From NCBI GenBank assembly GCA_942493145.1, contig OW818679.1, positions 740,901 through 804,900 on the forward strand: a stretch of DNA of 64,000 bases, written 5' to 3'. Positions 36,048 to 46,900 of the stretch are shown piece by piece; the first letter of the stretch is position 1, and each line of letters opens with the position of its first letter. The position numbers and the translations under genes were made by a program. The DNA comes from an uncultured Bacillota bacterium. GTDB taxonomy: Bacteria > Bacillota > Clostridia > Acetivibrionales > DTU013. The notes under the pieces are model-generated. The model did no database searches, was not told where the DNA came from, and saw nothing but the letters and a program-made list of their open reading frames with translations.

Positions 36048-37763
36048 ATGAGAAATTTGAAAAGAGGTTTATGTTTGCTGCTCGTTCTTGTTTTAGCGGG
36101 TTCATTTATGCCAGGATGCCAGAATCAATCAACGGAAACCAGCCAACCACAGTCAACGGCGAACGATCAGGTACAGACAGCGGTTTCGTCAGCTCAAACA
36201 CAGGAAGCTGCCACAGTGGAAGCACAACCCGGCCAAGTCCAATTACCTCTGGCAAAAGAAAAGAAGACCTTGTCCCTGTGGACACAGTTCAGCCCGATGA
36301 TTTCGCAATACATCACAGACTTCAATGAAAACCCGACTTTCCAAAAGGCCGAGGAATTGACAAATGTGCATATCAAATTCGTACAGGTATCCCCTGAAGC
36401 CTCTAAGGAAAATTACAACCTTATGGTAGCTTCCGGCCAGCTTACGGATTTTATCTGCAATGACATGACCGTAATGTCTTATGGCGGTGATAAGGCCATT
36501 GCCGATGAAACGGTAGTGAATCTTGAAGATTACAAGCAGTATATGCCCAATTTATTCAAGTATGTAAATATGAATGATGCAACACGCAAGCAGCTCTATA
36601 CAGACAGCGGGAAACTGGCCATATGCGCCAACTTCAGCGTAAATGCCACACCATCTACCCAGGCGGGGTTCGGGTCCATGATACGTCAGGACTGGCTGGA
36701 TAAGGTCGGACTTTCCGCACCGGTGACCTATGATGACTATTATAAAACTCTCAAGGCTTTCAAGGAGAAACTTGGCGTCGATGGCCCAATGATGATGCTG
36801 AGCAATTGTGTTCCCATGAATAATTTCCTGATAGGGGGATATGGTGTAAAAGGTTATCTGAGTGTTGGCTTTATGCCCGAATATCCTTTTTATCAGGTGG
36901 ACGGCAAGGTTAAATTCGGGTTGATTGAATCCGGATTCAAGGATTACATCACTATGATGGCAAAATGGTATTCAGAAGGGCTGATCAATAAAGATTTGAT
37001 TCTTAGCAACCAGGGGTGGGGCAGCCCTGATATGGTGAAACCCGTAATAACTGATAAGGTTGGTCTCTGGTTTGGTGACAGGTTTAAAATGCCTTTATAT
37101 AAAATGCAGGCAAAAGACACGAATTTCAAAGTGGTTGCTGCACCTGACCCGGTGAAGAATCCTGGAGACAAAATCCATTTCGGCGGATTTTCGGATAAGC
37201 TTGCTGCGGAAATGGGCGGCGCCATAAATGGTATTTCCATATCGGGACAATGCTCGGATCCGGTTTTGGCAGCAAAATGGATAGATTTCTGGTATGGCGA
37301 ACAGGGGAGCCTGCTTGCAAACTTTGGAGTAGAAGGCTCGACTTTCAATTTTGACGGAAATAAAAAGCCGGTATACACTGATATGATCACCAAAAACCCA
37401 AAAAAGATGGACTCCATGGCAGCTAAATTCGTGTATCTCAATATGGTTGGAACTACTGCGACGGATGCAAGTCTGACAACAGTCTTCAGCGGCGAGGATG
37501 AAAAGAATGCAGGTGTGATCTGGATGGGCAACAAGGATACAACCTGGGAGCTGGAAGGTACCATGACCAATGAAGAAGGCTCGGAATATACCCAATTGAT
37601 AGGTGATATAAGTACATATGCAGGCGAAATGGTATTGAAGATGGTCATGGGTCAGGAACCAATAACAAAATTCGACGAATTCGTAAAGAGAATCAAAGAT
37701 ATGGACATAGACAAATGTATTCAATTAAAGCAGGCTGCTTACGACAGATACAAAGCAAGATAA
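36048..37763 (+). CDS. ABC-type extracellular solute-binding lipoprotein (family 1, LplA-like) with no adjacent permease
   Basis: Signal peptide ending MPGC, NLMVASGQLTD, IRQDWLDKVGLSAPVTYDD, KWYSEGLI, NFGVEG. Confidence 0.85.
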   Translation: MRNLKRGLCLLLVLVLAGSFMPGCQNQSTETSQPQSTANDQVQTAVSSAQTQEAATVEAQPGQVQLPLAKEKKTLSLWTQFSPMISQYITDFNENPTFQKAEELTNVHIKFVQVSPEASKENYNLMVASGQLTDFICNDMTVMSYGGDKAIADETVVNLEDYKQYMPNLFKYVNMNDATRKQLYTDSGKLAICANFSVNATPSTQAGFGSMIRQDWLDKVGLSAPVTYDDYYKTLKAFKEKLGVDGPMMMLSNCVPMNNFLIGGYGVKGYLSVGFMPEYPFYQVDGKVKFGLIESGFKDYITMMAKWYSEGLINKDLILSNQGWGSPDMVKPVITDKVGLWFGDRFKMPLYKMQAKDTNFKVVAAPDPVKNPGDKIHFGGFSDKLAAEMGGAINGISISGQCSDPVLAAKWIDFWYGEQGSLLANFGVEGSTFNFDGNKKPVYTDMITKNPKKMDSMAAKFVYLNMVGTTATDASLTTVFSGEDEKNAGVIWMGNKDTTWELEGTMTNEEGSEYTQLIGDISTYAGEMVLKMVMGQEPITKFDEFVKRIKDMDIDKCIQLKQAAYDRYKAR

Positions 37764-37814
37764 GTTAATATGACAGTTAATGCAGCATTAAAGCAGGTAC
37801 ATAAGGAGAAAATC

Positions 37815-39884
37815 ATGGTCAGCAAATACAAAAACATTTTGACACCTGTAAAAATCGGCAATGTTGTTTTGAAAAACCGGCTCCTGTCAGCTAAATGTGT
37901 GCCCTCTCATTTGGATGACTTTGCTGCCCTTACAGCCTTTTACGAAGGTCTTGCACGAAATGGCGCCGCTACAGTTACCGTAGCAGTGGGCACCTACCCT
38001 GACTGTGAAGGCAAACGCAACCCCATGGCCAGACTGCACATGGATGACCCAGACACCCAGAGCTTTTTCGCCTCTCTGGTAGAGTGTATACATGACCACG
38101 GCACTCTGGCCTCAGCCTCGCTCATGGGTATCGAACCACAGGATGTGGCTATATCGGACACTCCCAACTGGGACGAGATACCCCGAACCGGCGACTATTC
38201 AAGAAACTTCTCAAACAAGCCAGGCATATCAGAGCAAAGGCTTGAAGGCTTGATAGAGGATTTCGTATTCCAGTGCAGGGAATTCAAGCGCATAGGCTTC
38301 GATATGGTTACCATATACATGTCTTACCGGGGATCAATCCTTGCCTGCTCTCTTTCACCTTTGCTGAACCAGCGTACGGACAGGTATGGCGGTAAGACAA
38401 TGAAGGAACGTGCCACCCTCAGCCTGGAAATATTCCGCCGCATCAAGGAGGCATGTGGAAGTGACTTCCTTATCGAAGCGCAGATATCTGCAACTGAAGA
38501 GGCTCCGGGTTATACCCTTGAGGATTGCCTTGACTATTGCGAATTGTGTGAGGGGCTGGTGGACATATTCCAATTCAGAGGCTGGGAGGGTTCCACTACG
38601 CATGGCAACGGTTACAACAGCATAAAAGGCCGGCCTTACAACCTACAGTTCGCCGAGGCCTTTAAAAAGCGCGGAATAAAGGCTCTTGTTTCACCGGTGG
38701 GCACCTTTGGTAATCCTGACGATATTGAGCGTTTTATTTCAGAGGGCAGGACCGACCTGGTCTCCATGGCCCGTACCTTCATTGCCGATGAGAATTATGG
38801 TTTGAAGCTTGTGGAGGAAAGAGGGGAAGACGTGGTACCATGCCTGTTATGCAACAGCTGCCACGACGGTTTTTGCTCAGTCAATCCAAAAGCAGGCTAT
38901 TACCATATTCTCGATACAATGTATAAAAAGCCGGAGTATCAAAAGAAGGTAGCGGTAATCGGTGGAGGGCCTGCCGGCATGAAAGCAGCACTTGTCGCAA
39001 AAGAAAGGGGACATTGTGTCACCTTGTTTGAAAAATCCGATAAATTGGGCGGCCAGTTGAATATTGCCGATCATGCGTATTTCAAATGGCCGGTAAGGGA
39101 TTACAAGAATTGGCTTATCTCGGAGGTTTACAGGGCAGGAATTGATTTGTGTCTATCTACACCGGCCTTGCCTGAAGTAATCAGGGACGAAGGCTACGAA
39201 GCCATTATCTGCGCTCTTGGGTCAAGGCCGACCATCCTTCCCATAAAAGGAGCCGATAGTGATAAGATATGGGATGCAGAAAAAGTATTCGGACGCGAAA
39301 GTGAACTGGGCGAGCGCGTCGTTGTAATCGGCGGTGCTGCCAGCGGCAGGGAGGCTGCTCTCTATCTGGCCTGTTGCGGACATAAGGTTATCATGCTTAC
39401 ACGCAGTCAGGCAATTCTTTTTGATGATCCTCATGCAAAGCGTGCCTGCGAGATTGCATATGAGACAGAACCGAACTTCAGCTTCATCGAACACGCAAGT
39501 ACGACTGAAATCGGAGACGGTTATGTCGTTTGTGATGTCAAGCTCGGAATGCCCAGGCTGGATGAAATGGAATTATTGTTCGGAGGCGGTGGACATGAGG
39601 GGGTGCATGGTGGACCAAGGGGTATGGCCGGCGGACCAGGTGGCCTCGGTGGTCCTGGTGATATGCGCCGCAGGGTAATCGTGCCCGAGCATGAAATCAA
39701 AATTGAGACCCGCAAATTGGAGTTTGACAGTGTAGTAGTTTCCGGAGGGCGTACACCCAGAACAGAGGAAGCCATGATATACGCCGGACTGGCACCACAG
39801 TTTTTTATCATTGGAGACAACCTGTCAGCTGGAGATATCAGGAACTGCACTTCTACTGCGTTTGCAGCTGCAATGCAGATTTAG
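37815..39884 (+). CDS. NAD(P)H:flavin oxidoreductase (OYE TIM barrel + Fe-S + FAD domain; FadH/BaiCD/BaiH-like ene-reductase)
   Basis: LKNR, NQRTDRYGG, CLLCNSC..CSVNP, VAVIGGGPAGM, LGGQL. ATG 37815 after AAGGAG. Confidence 0.88.
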   Translation: MVSKYKNILTPVKIGNVVLKNRLLSAKCVPSHLDDFAALTAFYEGLARNGAATVTVAVGTYPDCEGKRNPMARLHMDDPDTQSFFASLVECIHDHGTLASASLMGIEPQDVAISDTPNWDEIPRTGDYSRNFSNKPGISEQRLEGLIEDFVFQCREFKRIGFDMVTIYMSYRGSILACSLSPLLNQRTDRYGGKTMKERATLSLEIFRRIKEACGSDFLIEAQISATEEAPGYTLEDCLDYCELCEGLVDIFQFRGWEGSTTHGNGYNSIKGRPYNLQFAEAFKKRGIKALVSPVGTFGNPDDIERFISEGRTDLVSMARTFIADENYGLKLVEERGEDVVPCLLCNSCHDGFCSVNPKAGYYHILDTMYKKPEYQKKVAVIGGGPAGMKAALVAKERGHCVTLFEKSDKLGGQLNIADHAYFKWPVRDYKNWLISEVYRAGIDLCLSTPALPEVIRDEGYEAIICALGSRPTILPIKGADSDKIWDAEKVFGRESELGERVVVIGGAASGREAALYLACCGHKVIMLTRSQAILFDDPHAKRACEIAYETEPNFSFIEHASTTEIGDGYVVCDVKLGMPRLDEMELLFGGGGHEGVHGGPRGMAGGPGGLGGPGDMRRRVIVPEHEIKIETRKLEFDSVVVSGGRTPRTEEAMIYAGLAPQFFIIGDNLSAGDIRNCTSTAFAAAMQI

Positions 39885-39992
39885 TTCTGCCAGAAGGTCT
39901 GCGACTGGAACTGCAGGTAAGTAAAGATGCAAAGAAAGAGGTCGCTTTCTATTAAGGATAGCGGCCTCTTACTATGTGAGACAGTCCTCACA

Positions 39993-41327
39993 TCAGCCTG
40001 GAGTAACTCCCGGAGGCGGAGGCGGTGGTCCGGCATCCACGTAATCATCTACCAGTGTATCCGAATAGATATAATGTACATGGCCAACGGTATAATCAGC
40101 GGTTATGGCTTTGCCGCCGATATTCAAGGTGTTGAAATATACATTTACATCCTGGGCAGCTGTTACTTTTTTCGCATTGGCAATAGTAATATTTACAATA
40201 CTGCTCTCGCCTGTAACATTCCATTTGGATTGGGCATCCATAGTGAAATTGGTAGCGCTCACGGCAGCATTGATCCTGGTGTTGTCAAGTGAAACCTCAA
40301 GAAAGGCCTTGGCAGGGCGAATCACGTTGCCGGTAACGTTCATACCTTTAAGATTAACAATAAGACGTCCGGATTGAGGTTCGATCAGGTTGCCGTTTCC
40401 GATAGTTCCAACTCTTACGCTTTTCAATGTCATAACGGTCTTTCCACCAGCTTCTGTGATGAGTGCACCTATTGTGCTGTTCAGAATGCCGCTCTTCATG
40501 TCGATGTAGGAATAGTCGGGAGTCATACTATTGTGGCCGTTAAGTCCATATGTACCGGTTACAATGCAATCATACAGATATGTATGGCCGTTGTCGTGCG
40601 CAGCCATGACTCCCTCACAACCATTGGCTGTAAAGGTCGAGTCATAAGCTGTAATGATGGAATTGCCAGCACAGTATATGCCCGGAGAACCGGCTACTTC
40701 AGTGGTTGCATTTATGTCGTGAACAGTTATGTATCCGCCGCCGAAGTCAGTAGCCAAAGCCCCGGAATTCATACCCGAAGTGTGGATCGTAGTGCCATAG
40801 GCATAGATATAACCACCATAAGTTGAATCAAGACCATGCCCAAGTCTGTTGTTGGTGGTGATTGTACCATCCCTGATAGTAAGCTTGCCCCCGCAGGTAG
40901 CAAAACCACCGTTTGCATTGCTTGCTTCAGTGGCGACTATGGTTGGATCGTTCAGGGTTATTTCAGTACCGGTACCATAAACAAGCACTGCTGCAGCATA
41001 CCCGTACTTGCTTGCCAGTTCGGCTGTCAAATCATCATCGGTAAGGTAACCATTACCGGTAAGTTTGGCATCATTAAACTTTGCAATAGCACCATTTTTA
41101 GCATAGATCGCTGAAGCTCCAGGCAGATAATCTGAAATGTAGATTTTGTTTGGGGTATCCCTTCTGTCTGTAATTACGGAACCATCCAGAACATATTCCG
41201 AATTGGCTGATATGACTGCCTCAACTGCGACTTCTATTGCATCAGCTGCTAATGCAACAGAAAATAATGAAAATAGCAGTGTCAACATTAGAATGAAAGA
41301 AATAATTGGCCTTCTCGGTTTTAACAT
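39993..41327 (-). CDS. Secreted protein, probable right-handed beta-helix, with C-terminal polyproline
   Basis: Signal peptide ending ..VALA, repetitive G/T/N/I-rich beta segments, C-terminal AGPPPPPPGVTPG. Confidence 0.6.
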   Translation of the reverse strand: MLKPRRPIISFILMLTLLFSLFSVALAADAIEVAVEAVISANSEYVLDGSVITDRRDTPNKIYISDYLPGASAIYAKNGAIAKFNDAKLTGNGYLTDDDLTAELASKYGYAAAVLVYGTGTEITLNDPTIVATEASNANGGFATCGGKLTIRDGTITTNNRLGHGLDSTYGGYIYAYGTTIHTSGMNSGALATDFGGGYITVHDINATTEVAGSPGIYCAGNSIITAYDSTFTANGCEGVMAAHDNGHTYLYDCIVTGTYGLNGHNSMTPDYSYIDMKSGILNSTIGALITEAGGKTVMTLKSVRVGTIGNGNLIEPQSGRLIVNLKGMNVTGNVIRPAKAFLEVSLDNTRINAAVSATNFTMDAQSKWNVTGESSIVNITIANAKKVTAAQDVNVYFNTLNIGGKAITADYTVGHVHYIYSDTLVDDYVDAGPPPPPPGVTPG

Positions 41328-41578
41328 TGTCTTACCTCCTCAAAAAATAATAATAGGAATAAAATGTTAAATATTACCTTTTATTTACATTAACACATAA
41401 ACACAAACATGTCAACGCGATAACTATCAACATGCAAACAAATAAAAAATAAAATTGATTGCTAATTAAGATTTTGAATTCAGGGGAAATTAGCCATAAT
41501 ATACCATGAAACTACTACCTTTTTCAAAAAGAAGAAATTTACAGGAGGATTTCTCATAAATTTGTCGAATTAAAAATT

Positions 41579-41633
41579 ATGTAAGTATTATGCAAGTATC
41601 ATGTAAGTATTATGTAAGTATTATGTGGGTACA
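41579..41633 (+). repeat. 11-bp tandem repeat ATGTAAGTATT (4 copies plus 1 degenerate) upstream of the MCP gene
   Basis: Units start at 41579, 41590, 41601, 41612 and 41623. Confidence 0.9.
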
Positions 41634-41683
41634 TAAAATGACATGCGACCCATCACAATACAGATGAGGAAGGTCTTGATAAT

Positions 41684-43891
41684 ATGGGGATTTTTAAGAA
41701 GCAAAAACCTATCACAGGCAAATCAAAGAGTAACTTCGATTTTAAAATCAAAGAATCTGTAAGCAACGAGAAACCAAACATACCCGTAAATTCAGACAAA
41801 CCAATCGTGCCCGGCAAACCGGTAAAACCCGGCAAACTCCCTAAAAAGCGGAGCATAAGGACAAGACTTATAGCAGCTTTTCTAGTGCCAGTGTTTTTAA
41901 TAATAGTACAGGGTGTTTTGTCATATAACATCTCTTCGAATTCAATTTCAAGTGTCGCAAAACAGTCTGATCTTAATGCCATGGAGAGCAACGGCAGATA
42001 TATGCAGGTAATACTGGAAAGTATTGAAAGTCAGACATTCCAGTTTTTTGCAGAGGATAATAACCAGAACTACCTTAATACATTAAGTGGTAACGACGCA
42101 AATAGTGAATTGTTATCACTTTCAACAGCGACCAAGGGTGAAGTGAGGGATCAGTTAAATATAATTGCCAACACAAATTCATACATAAGCAATATTTACC
42201 TTATTGCAAACGGCGAAAAAACATATGTGTTTAATGGTGATGAAAGCGGCGAATTAAATCTGGAGAGCATCAGGCAGACTGAGTTTTATAAAAGTATCCA
42301 GGCTTCTACGGAGAGGCAGGGCTGGATAGGTAAACATAAAGAAATAGACGAAATAATCTCGGGAGATTCGTCTTCTTATGCATTTTCTGCAATATATAAA
42401 AGAATTGATTTATCGAAAAATGAGATAAACGGTATACTTGTAGTCGATATCAAGTCTGATTTCATTGGTGAAATGCTCACAAATATGAAGATGAATGAGT
42501 CAAGCGAGGTGCATCTTATTTATCCGGGGCAGATGGATATAAGCACTGGAGGCGAACAGGAGGAATCCATTACTGAACAGGCATTCTTTGCTGATATAAC
42601 TGCCGACTCAAATTTATCCAACTCAAAAATCATAACATATAACGGCGACCAGCAGCTTCTGTCATACAGCAAACTTGAGTCAGGATATATTCTGTTGAGT
42701 ATAACTCCTTTATCCGTAATAAACAGTGCAACCAGGCCTATCGTTGTTTCAACCATAATTTCCTTGTTAATAGCAGCTATTCTGGCAATTGGGATTGGTT
42801 TGTATATTTCCGGCAGTATGAGCAACATCATCAAAGTAATAATTGCAGCTGCAGGACGTGCCTCGCAAGGCGATCTGACAGGAAAGATGACCACAAAAAG
42901 AAGAGACGAGTTCGGCACTTTAACTGAAAGCATGAATCTGATGATCGGAAACATGAGAAATCTCATTGAACAGACAAAGCTGATATCGCAGCAGGTTGCA
43001 AAGTCTGCAATAACAGTGTCATCCACATCGCAGAATGTCTCGACTGTATCGGTGGAAATAACGCGCGCCGTTCAGGAAATAGCCCTGGGTGCATCAGCAC
43101 AGGCGGGGGACGCAGAAAAGGGTGTGCAGAAAATCGGAGAACTGGCAGATAACGTCGGATTGGTCTCCGAGAACGCAAAGCTTATCGATAAACTTACAAA
43201 GGGTACGATGGATATGACGCAGAAAGGCTTGAAATCAATTGATGATCTGGATGCGAAAGCGAATCAGACAACACTGATTTCAGGAGAAATAATGAAGAGC
43301 ATCAGGGAACTTGAAGAAAATTCAAAATCCATCGGTAATATTGTTGAGGTAATAAGCGGAATAGCTGACCAGACAAACCTTCTTGCGCTCAACGCAGCTA
43401 TAGAAGCAGCCAGGGCGGGAGAATCGGGCAGAGGCTTTGCGGTGGTCGCCGATGAAGTGAGAAAACTGGCAGAGCAGTCTATGAATGCCGCCGATGAAAT
43501 AACAAAGATAATTAAGAATACCCAGGTCCAAACAGCAGGTGCGGTTGAAAAAGCGGTTATGACTGAGGGGATCCTGAAATCGCAGAATGAGGCTGTTAAC
43601 AACACTCTTGGCGCTTTTAACGGGATCAAGGATTCAATGGATAACCTTGCAGCCCAGGTCAGTCAGATAATGAAACTGATTGCAGATACAGAAGAGCATA
43701 AGGATCAGGCAATACAGTCAATCCAGAACATATCCGCTGTGACCGAGGAAACGGCAGCCGCTTCAGAGGAAGTCAATGCATCGGCTGAAGAGCAGTTGGC
43801 TGGAATAGAGGAACTTGCACGGAATGCAAGTGAGCTTGGCGATGCTGCGAAGCAGCTTGAGGAATCGATATCAATATTTAAATTGAACTGA
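41684..43891 (+). CDS. Methyl-accepting chemotaxis protein
   Basis: Two TM segments, HAMP (GDLT..DEFG.L), and [40 protein letters not shown]. Confidence 0.96.
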   Translation: MGIFKKQKPITGKSKSNFDFKIKESVSNEKPNIPVNSDKPIVPGKPVKPGKLPKKRSIRTRLIAAFLVPVFLIIVQGVLSYNISSNSISSVAKQSDLNAMESNGRYMQVILESIESQTFQFFAEDNNQNYLNTLSGNDANSELLSLSTATKGEVRDQLNIIANTNSYISNIYLIANGEKTYVFNGDESGELNLESIRQTEFYKSIQASTERQGWIGKHKEIDEIISGDSSSYAFSAIYKRIDLSKNEINGILVVDIKSDFIGEMLTNMKMNESSEVHLIYPGQMDISTGGEQEESITEQAFFADITADSNLSNSKIITYNGDQQLLSYSKLESGYILLSITPLSVINSATRPIVVSTIISLLIAAILAIGIGLYISGSMSNIIKVIIAAAGRASQGDLTGKMTTKRRDEFGTLTESMNLMIGNMRNLIEQTKLISQQVAKSAITVSSTSQNVSTVSVEITRAVQEIALGASAQAGDAEKGVQKIGELADNVGLVSENAKLIDKLTKGTMDMTQKGLKSIDDLDAKANQTTLISGEIMKSIRELEENSKSIGNIVEVISGIADQTNLLALNAAIEAARAGESGRGFAVVADEVRKLAEQSMNAADEITKIIKNTQVQTAGAVEKAVMTEGILKSQNEAVNNTLGAFNGIKDSMDNLAAQVSQIMKLIADTEEHKDQAIQSIQNISAVTEETAAASEEVNASAEEQLAGIEELARNASELGDAAKQLEESISIFKLN

Positions 43892-43911
43892 TTACAACAC
43901 TGACTCAATTA

Positions 43912-46900
43912 TTAATTAATAAAATATTCCTCAATGGCTACTGCAAGGTTAGCAGCAAGCCTGGCCTGGTTGTCTCCATTTATAAGCCATTCATGTTCGG
44001 AGGGATGAGGCACAAAACCGCTTTCAATAAGTATCGAGGGCGCCCATGTGGCTGTTGTGACAAAGAAGTTCTTATCGTGCACACCTCGTGGATATCGGCT
44101 GAGCGAACTTATAATGCGGTTATACACAGCTTCTGCAAGCTGCTTTGAAAGCTCTTCCCTGTAATATGATGAGAAGCCTTCGTATTTTGAGATATCAACA
44201 TTATCCTCCATGCTGTTGGCATGAACTGATATGAACAGATCGGGCCGTGTCTTGCGTGAAGCTGACAGGCGTTCGTTCAATGATACAGTTGTATCTGCCG
44301 TCCTTGTCATGAGTACCTTGGCTCCGAGGGACTCCAGCTCCGCCTTAAGCTTAAGAGAGATAGACAGATTAATGGTCTTCTCCGGATATGTCATACCAGT
44401 AGGGCCAATGGCTCCTGCATCACTGCCGCCATGCCCGGGATCGACCATTATAGTATAGCCTGACAATGTGCCAGCAGTTAAACCTGTCCCAGAGCTGTTT
44501 ACCGGAGACGCATGCCTCTTGATATGCAGAACCAATCCATCAGCTGTATTTTCCACGTAGTAGCCGTCGCATCGTTGGCCATCCTTTAATGTAAGTTCAT
44601 ATATAGCCTTGTATCCATCCCTCGAAACAGTTACGCCTGAGAATAGTGAATCCATGGGCAATGTCGGAATCGGGGCCTGTGGGGCTGTTGATGCCGTTGA
44701 AAGAACGAATTTCATTACAGCTCCGTCAAACGTAGCTGTTGCTGCTACTGATGCTGGTACCGCCGAAGTGACGGCCTTGGAAGCCTGAATGGAAAGCTTC
44801 AGTTCATCCCATCTGTCGCCGGTGGTATATGAAGCACCTCTAATTTCTGGTCGGAACTGACTTTTTGAGGAATATGTCTTCACATCAGAGGTTTTTACCC
44901 ACAAGCCGGAGGAGAGCCGGACAAAGCTACCCGTCATGCCGGTGATATAATCGGACATGCCCTTGTAAAGCTCGAACCTAACGCCGTTTGAGCTGGTGGG
45001 AGATTTGTATGCAATGACCGTATCATGATTGATCATTGCATAGAAAGGCGATTCTTTCATGATAACGCTTATCTTTGCAGGTGCTGAAAGGCTTCTGGTC
45101 TTTCCACCATAATTCATAGTATAAACCGGAGTGCCGATTACAATATTCCTGGGTGATCCGGTATAACTTGCCGGAAGTGTATGTACATAGGTGAAGGTGG
45201 CAGCATAAAGTCCGGAACCGATGGAGCTTGAAGTTTGTTTCATATGATAGCTTTTACTGCCCAATTTGACAGTCACCTTCGCGCCTGATGGTGCCTTGCA
45301 GGATAATGTTATTTTTTCTCCAGGCATCCTGTATTCCTGTGATTGTGGGAATGTTGATGCTGATATGATCTCAGCCCTGTCCATCTTTTGTGGACTGGAA
45401 GCTTTAGTCCTGTATATTACCCTGGTCGCATATGAAGCATCCTGTGATACAGTGAAGATATTGACACCCTCTTCAAGTTTCACCAAAATTCCATAATACC
45501 CGGCTGATGAACGGCCTGCCAGGGACTGCCCGTTTATGAAGAGCGGTTTGGTGGGATCGGAAACCCCACTGAGGTAGTACGTCCCGTAGCTTGTACTGAT
45601 ATTCGCAACTGGCCGGGCGATGGTGACGGATACAGATGTCGCTATTCCATCCTTTTTGCTATAATAGGCTTTCATCGCCGCACTCAAGGCAGGTAGTTCC
45701 TCCAGGGATTTATACCTGAAAAAGATGCTGCCTTTGACTTCGGGCAGGGTATCATTAAGCTTTAACTGCTTCTCAATCTCCGAAATGCCATACCAGGAGC
45801 TTGTCCTGTCAGAATTCCCAGCCCGGTAGGCTGCCTGACCGATATACAAATCTACTCCTGTCCCGGAGGTAACATCCTTCCACCAGAGCAGCAGCTTGCT
45901 GTAGTCTGCGACTGAATAACCGACGTTCCAGTAAATCTGTGGTGCGATATAGTCAATAAGTCCTTCTTTAACCCATTTCCTTGAATCAGCATAATGGTCG
46001 TAATAGGATTGCAGTCCTCGCGTATCGCTTCCCAACAGGTTTTTATCCTTGTTCGCCCATATGCCGAAGGGGCTTATGCCGAAGCGGACTTCCCTGCCTG
46101 AAGCTTTTATCGTTTTTGAAATATCGGATATCAGAATATCGACATTCGACCTTCGCCAGTCATCTATGCTTTTATAACCAGAGCCGTATTTTATATATGC
46201 AGCCCCGTCATTGAAATTCTTGCCTGGGTAAAAATAGTCATCCATATGGATGCCGTCGACATCATAACCTCCAATTATTTCGAGTACACTGTCCGTAATC
46301 ATTTTTCTGACACCAGGGATTCCAGGATTGAAATACAGGTTGCCGTCGGAATATTTGACGACCCAGGAAGGGTTTTTGACAGCGGGATTGGAGGCATCAA
46401 GGGTTTTAAGATCCTGTACCGGTTCGTCTGAAGTTTTCTTTGTGATCCTGTAGGGGTTGATCCAGGCGTGAACCTCAATACCACGTTTGTGGGCTTCGTC
46501 CACCCAGAACTTCAGAGGGTCGAAACTGTTGCCGGGTGCAAGGCCTTGAGTGCCGCTCAGATATTTTGACCACGGGAACAGTGAGGATTTGTAGAAAGCA
46601 TCTGCCGTTGGCCTGACCTGTAGGAATATAGCATTAAATCCGGTATCCGAAGCATATTCTATTATTTTACCTGCTTCACTTTTTAGTGTTTCGGAGTCGG
46701 TTCCGGGTTGGGACGGATAATCCAGATTAAGGACAGTAGCTACCCATAGTCCTCTGAGCTCGGTCTTGGCGTCTGGGGATGAACCTGTAAACGAAGCAGC
46801 ATCCGCAAAGACAGAGACTGGATTTGTGCCTGGTAAACCCTTGCCTGTACCTTCATCCGGAACTGCAAGTGTAAAAATGAAGGGCAGTAGGAACAGAATC

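Noticed and set aside
1-41400. Island as an intact mobile element (ICE, prophage, transposon)
   Set aside because: No integrase, transposase, relaxase, tRNA attachment site or terminal repeats are visible in the window.
41579-41633. Short tandem repeats (also 12088-12189, 34633-34722, 48837-48889) as CRISPR arrays
   Set aside because: No unique spacers, wrong unit lengths, and no cas genes.
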